From assembly GCF_004010195.1 (NCBI RefSeq), contig NW_025214943.1, positions 4,584-56,035 of the forward strand: a DNA stretch of 51,452 nucleotides. Reading direction: 5' to 3'. This document shows positions 49,485 to 51,452 of this stretch, in pieces; position 1 is the stretch's first letter, and every line of letters begins with the position of its first letter. Position numbers and translations under genes: made by a program. The notes under the pieces were generated by a model that searched no databases, had not been told where the DNA came from, and saw nothing but the letters and a program-made list of their open reading frames with translations. The stretch comes from Chiloscyllium plagiosum. Taxonomy: Eukaryota.

Positions 49485-51452
49485 TTAATGTTTTATTGAT
49501 AGTATCATGTCATTTTGCGTTATATTCCTGGATGTTCCGGACCCGTGTAATTTGATACCACTGTCTACATTTTCCCCTACGCTGCAAATTGTTGCCCATT
49601 CCTCGAAAATCCTTGATTCTGTTGTTATTCATGAACCTTCTGTCGGTGCCTCAAAAATATTCAATATTTCTGCCTCCAACAGTCTGTGTGGAAGAGTGTT
49701 CCAAAGACTCTCAGAACTTTGAGAAAACAAATATAAACTTTATGATCTGAGTGTGAGATTAATTTTTTTTTCTGTCTCCTTATCTGAGAAAGGATATAAT
49801 TACATTGAAAGCAGTTCAGAGATATTTCATTTCACGTATTCCTGGGGTGAAGGGCTTATATTATGAAGGCTTTAACAGGGTAATCTTGGAATGAGAATGA
49901 AACATACAAGACCTTGATAAGTGTGGATGAGGTATATACCCGCTGGGTGTTTGTATAGGCCAAATTTGTTATAATTGTCATAGAAGCTCTGCAGTGTAGA
50001 GGCAGGACATTCCGTCTATTAAGTCCGCACTGATGCACCAAACAGCATCTTACCTGGACGTGGCCCCCTACCTTATCCATGTAACCCTACATTTCCCATA
50101 ACTAACCCACCGAACCTACACATCCCTGGGCACTATGGGCAACCACTTTAAACTGCACATCTTTGGACTGTGGCAGAAAACTGGAGCACTGAGAGGAAAC
50201 CCACACAGTCACGGGGAGAATGTTCAAACTCCACATAGAGGGTCGCCCGAGGTTGGAATTGAACCCAGCTCCTTGGTGACGTGAGGAAGCAGTGCCACTC
50301 ACAGATCCACCATACTCCTCCGTTAGTTCTGTTAGTAACTTGTGGCTGACTAAAGAAATCTGCCTGACTTCTTATCACTGAACCTAAATCAGTCTGAGAC
50401 CTTTATCATCGGCCATATCACCAACCTGGTTGTCTTTAAAATTTGTTGTGAGCAGTGGAGGAGTGGGAATAGAAAAGGAAATAGTGACACCCTTCATCCT
50501 CAGTCACAACTGGAGTGAGAAGAAATTCACAAAGTGGGAATTCAGTCGAGTGGAAATCCTCATTCCCAGAAGTTTGGGATGGCTGAATCTTTATGTTATA
50601 TCGAGGCTGGCTTCAGGTGATTTTCCATAGACCGGTGAATCAGGGATAATGCTGCTTGGAGAGAAAAGTGCAGCTGGGACAACAATAAGATGAGCCACGA
50701 TCTCATTTACTGGTGGAGTAGTGTCAAATGGCCGAATGGCCCACTCCTATCCCTCAGCCCTGTGTTCTGATGTTCCATTCAGCCCTTCGGACCTGCAAAT
50801 TGAGGCCACTCCGATGGTTAGGTGGAGTTTTGGAAATGTACTTGGAAAATCTAGCCTGGATCAGGAAGTGAACCTCACCCCCAATCCCTGTTTCCAGGCT
50901 TCCCATCTCTGTAACTTCTGCTCCAAATTTAAGCCATGTCCCAGACCCAGATTCGCTGTGTCTACAACCCCCATACCCCACCCAGGGTAAACTCAAACAA
51001 ATACTCTGCTCATCCGAATGTAGCATTACAGAATACAACTTCCAGGAAAATAACCAGTTACTTTCCAAAAGCATAACATGTGAAATTAATAACAGTAGGA
51101 ACAGTAGACTATTCGGCCCCTCAAGCTTGCCCTGTCATTTAATACGGACATGGCTGATCTACTCCAGGACTCGACTCCACTTTCTTGCCGACTCCTTGAG
51201 GAGAGTGAATGAGTTATATATACCCGCTGGGTGTTTGTGTAGTCCAAATTTGTTGTCCCTCCACACCTCTCCGGGTTAGGGAATTCCATACATTCTGAGA
51301 GAAGACATCACTTTGCATCTCAGACTGAAATCGATGTTCCATATTCGGTATCTATGTCCTCAAGTTCGGGACTCCACCCAGGAATGGTAACAACTTCTCA
51401 ACATCTGCAGTGTCAACCCCTCTGTGTCTTGTATTTTTCAGCAGTATCACTC

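Larger units (their letters stand above)
33552..51452. repeat. Segmental duplication, copy 2
   Basis: See copy 1. Same order of CR1, SINE, unique blocks, L1 and nested CR1. Confidence 0.97.

Overview
Vertebrate nuclear DNA, almost certainly from a cartilaginous fish. The HE1/V-SINE-type SINE and the LINE families look like those of sharks, possibly a bamboo or carpet shark; this is inferred from repeat recognition, not a database hit. Most of the window is decayed transposable elements: CR1 LINEs, an L1-clade LINE, L2 remnants, a Penelope GIY-YIG fragment, a Gypsy LTR relic, a Tigger-like MITE and many tRNA-derived SINEs. No intact protein-coding gene is visible, and nearly all ORFs in the track are TE fragments or noise. 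The main structure is a large tandem segmental duplication: 1-16844 is paralogous to about 33552-51452, at roughly 85-90% identity by eye. This implies a repeat period of about 33.5-34.6 kb, so the window holds about 1.5 units. The copies differ by copy-specific insertions with target-site duplications and by complementary deletions in a formerly full-length L1. Two subtler signals stand out. First, there are hammerhead-ribozyme-like cores in Penelope-type sequences; the one at 13455-13495 on the minus strand has an intact core. Second, there are weak traces of a spliced, minus-strand, signal-peptide/transmembrane gene, probably pseudogenised, with one copy per repeat unit. Three N-gaps are present (5511-5525, 16380-16395, 23245-23513). 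Repeat boundaries are estimated by eye (about +/-30 bp unless stated).
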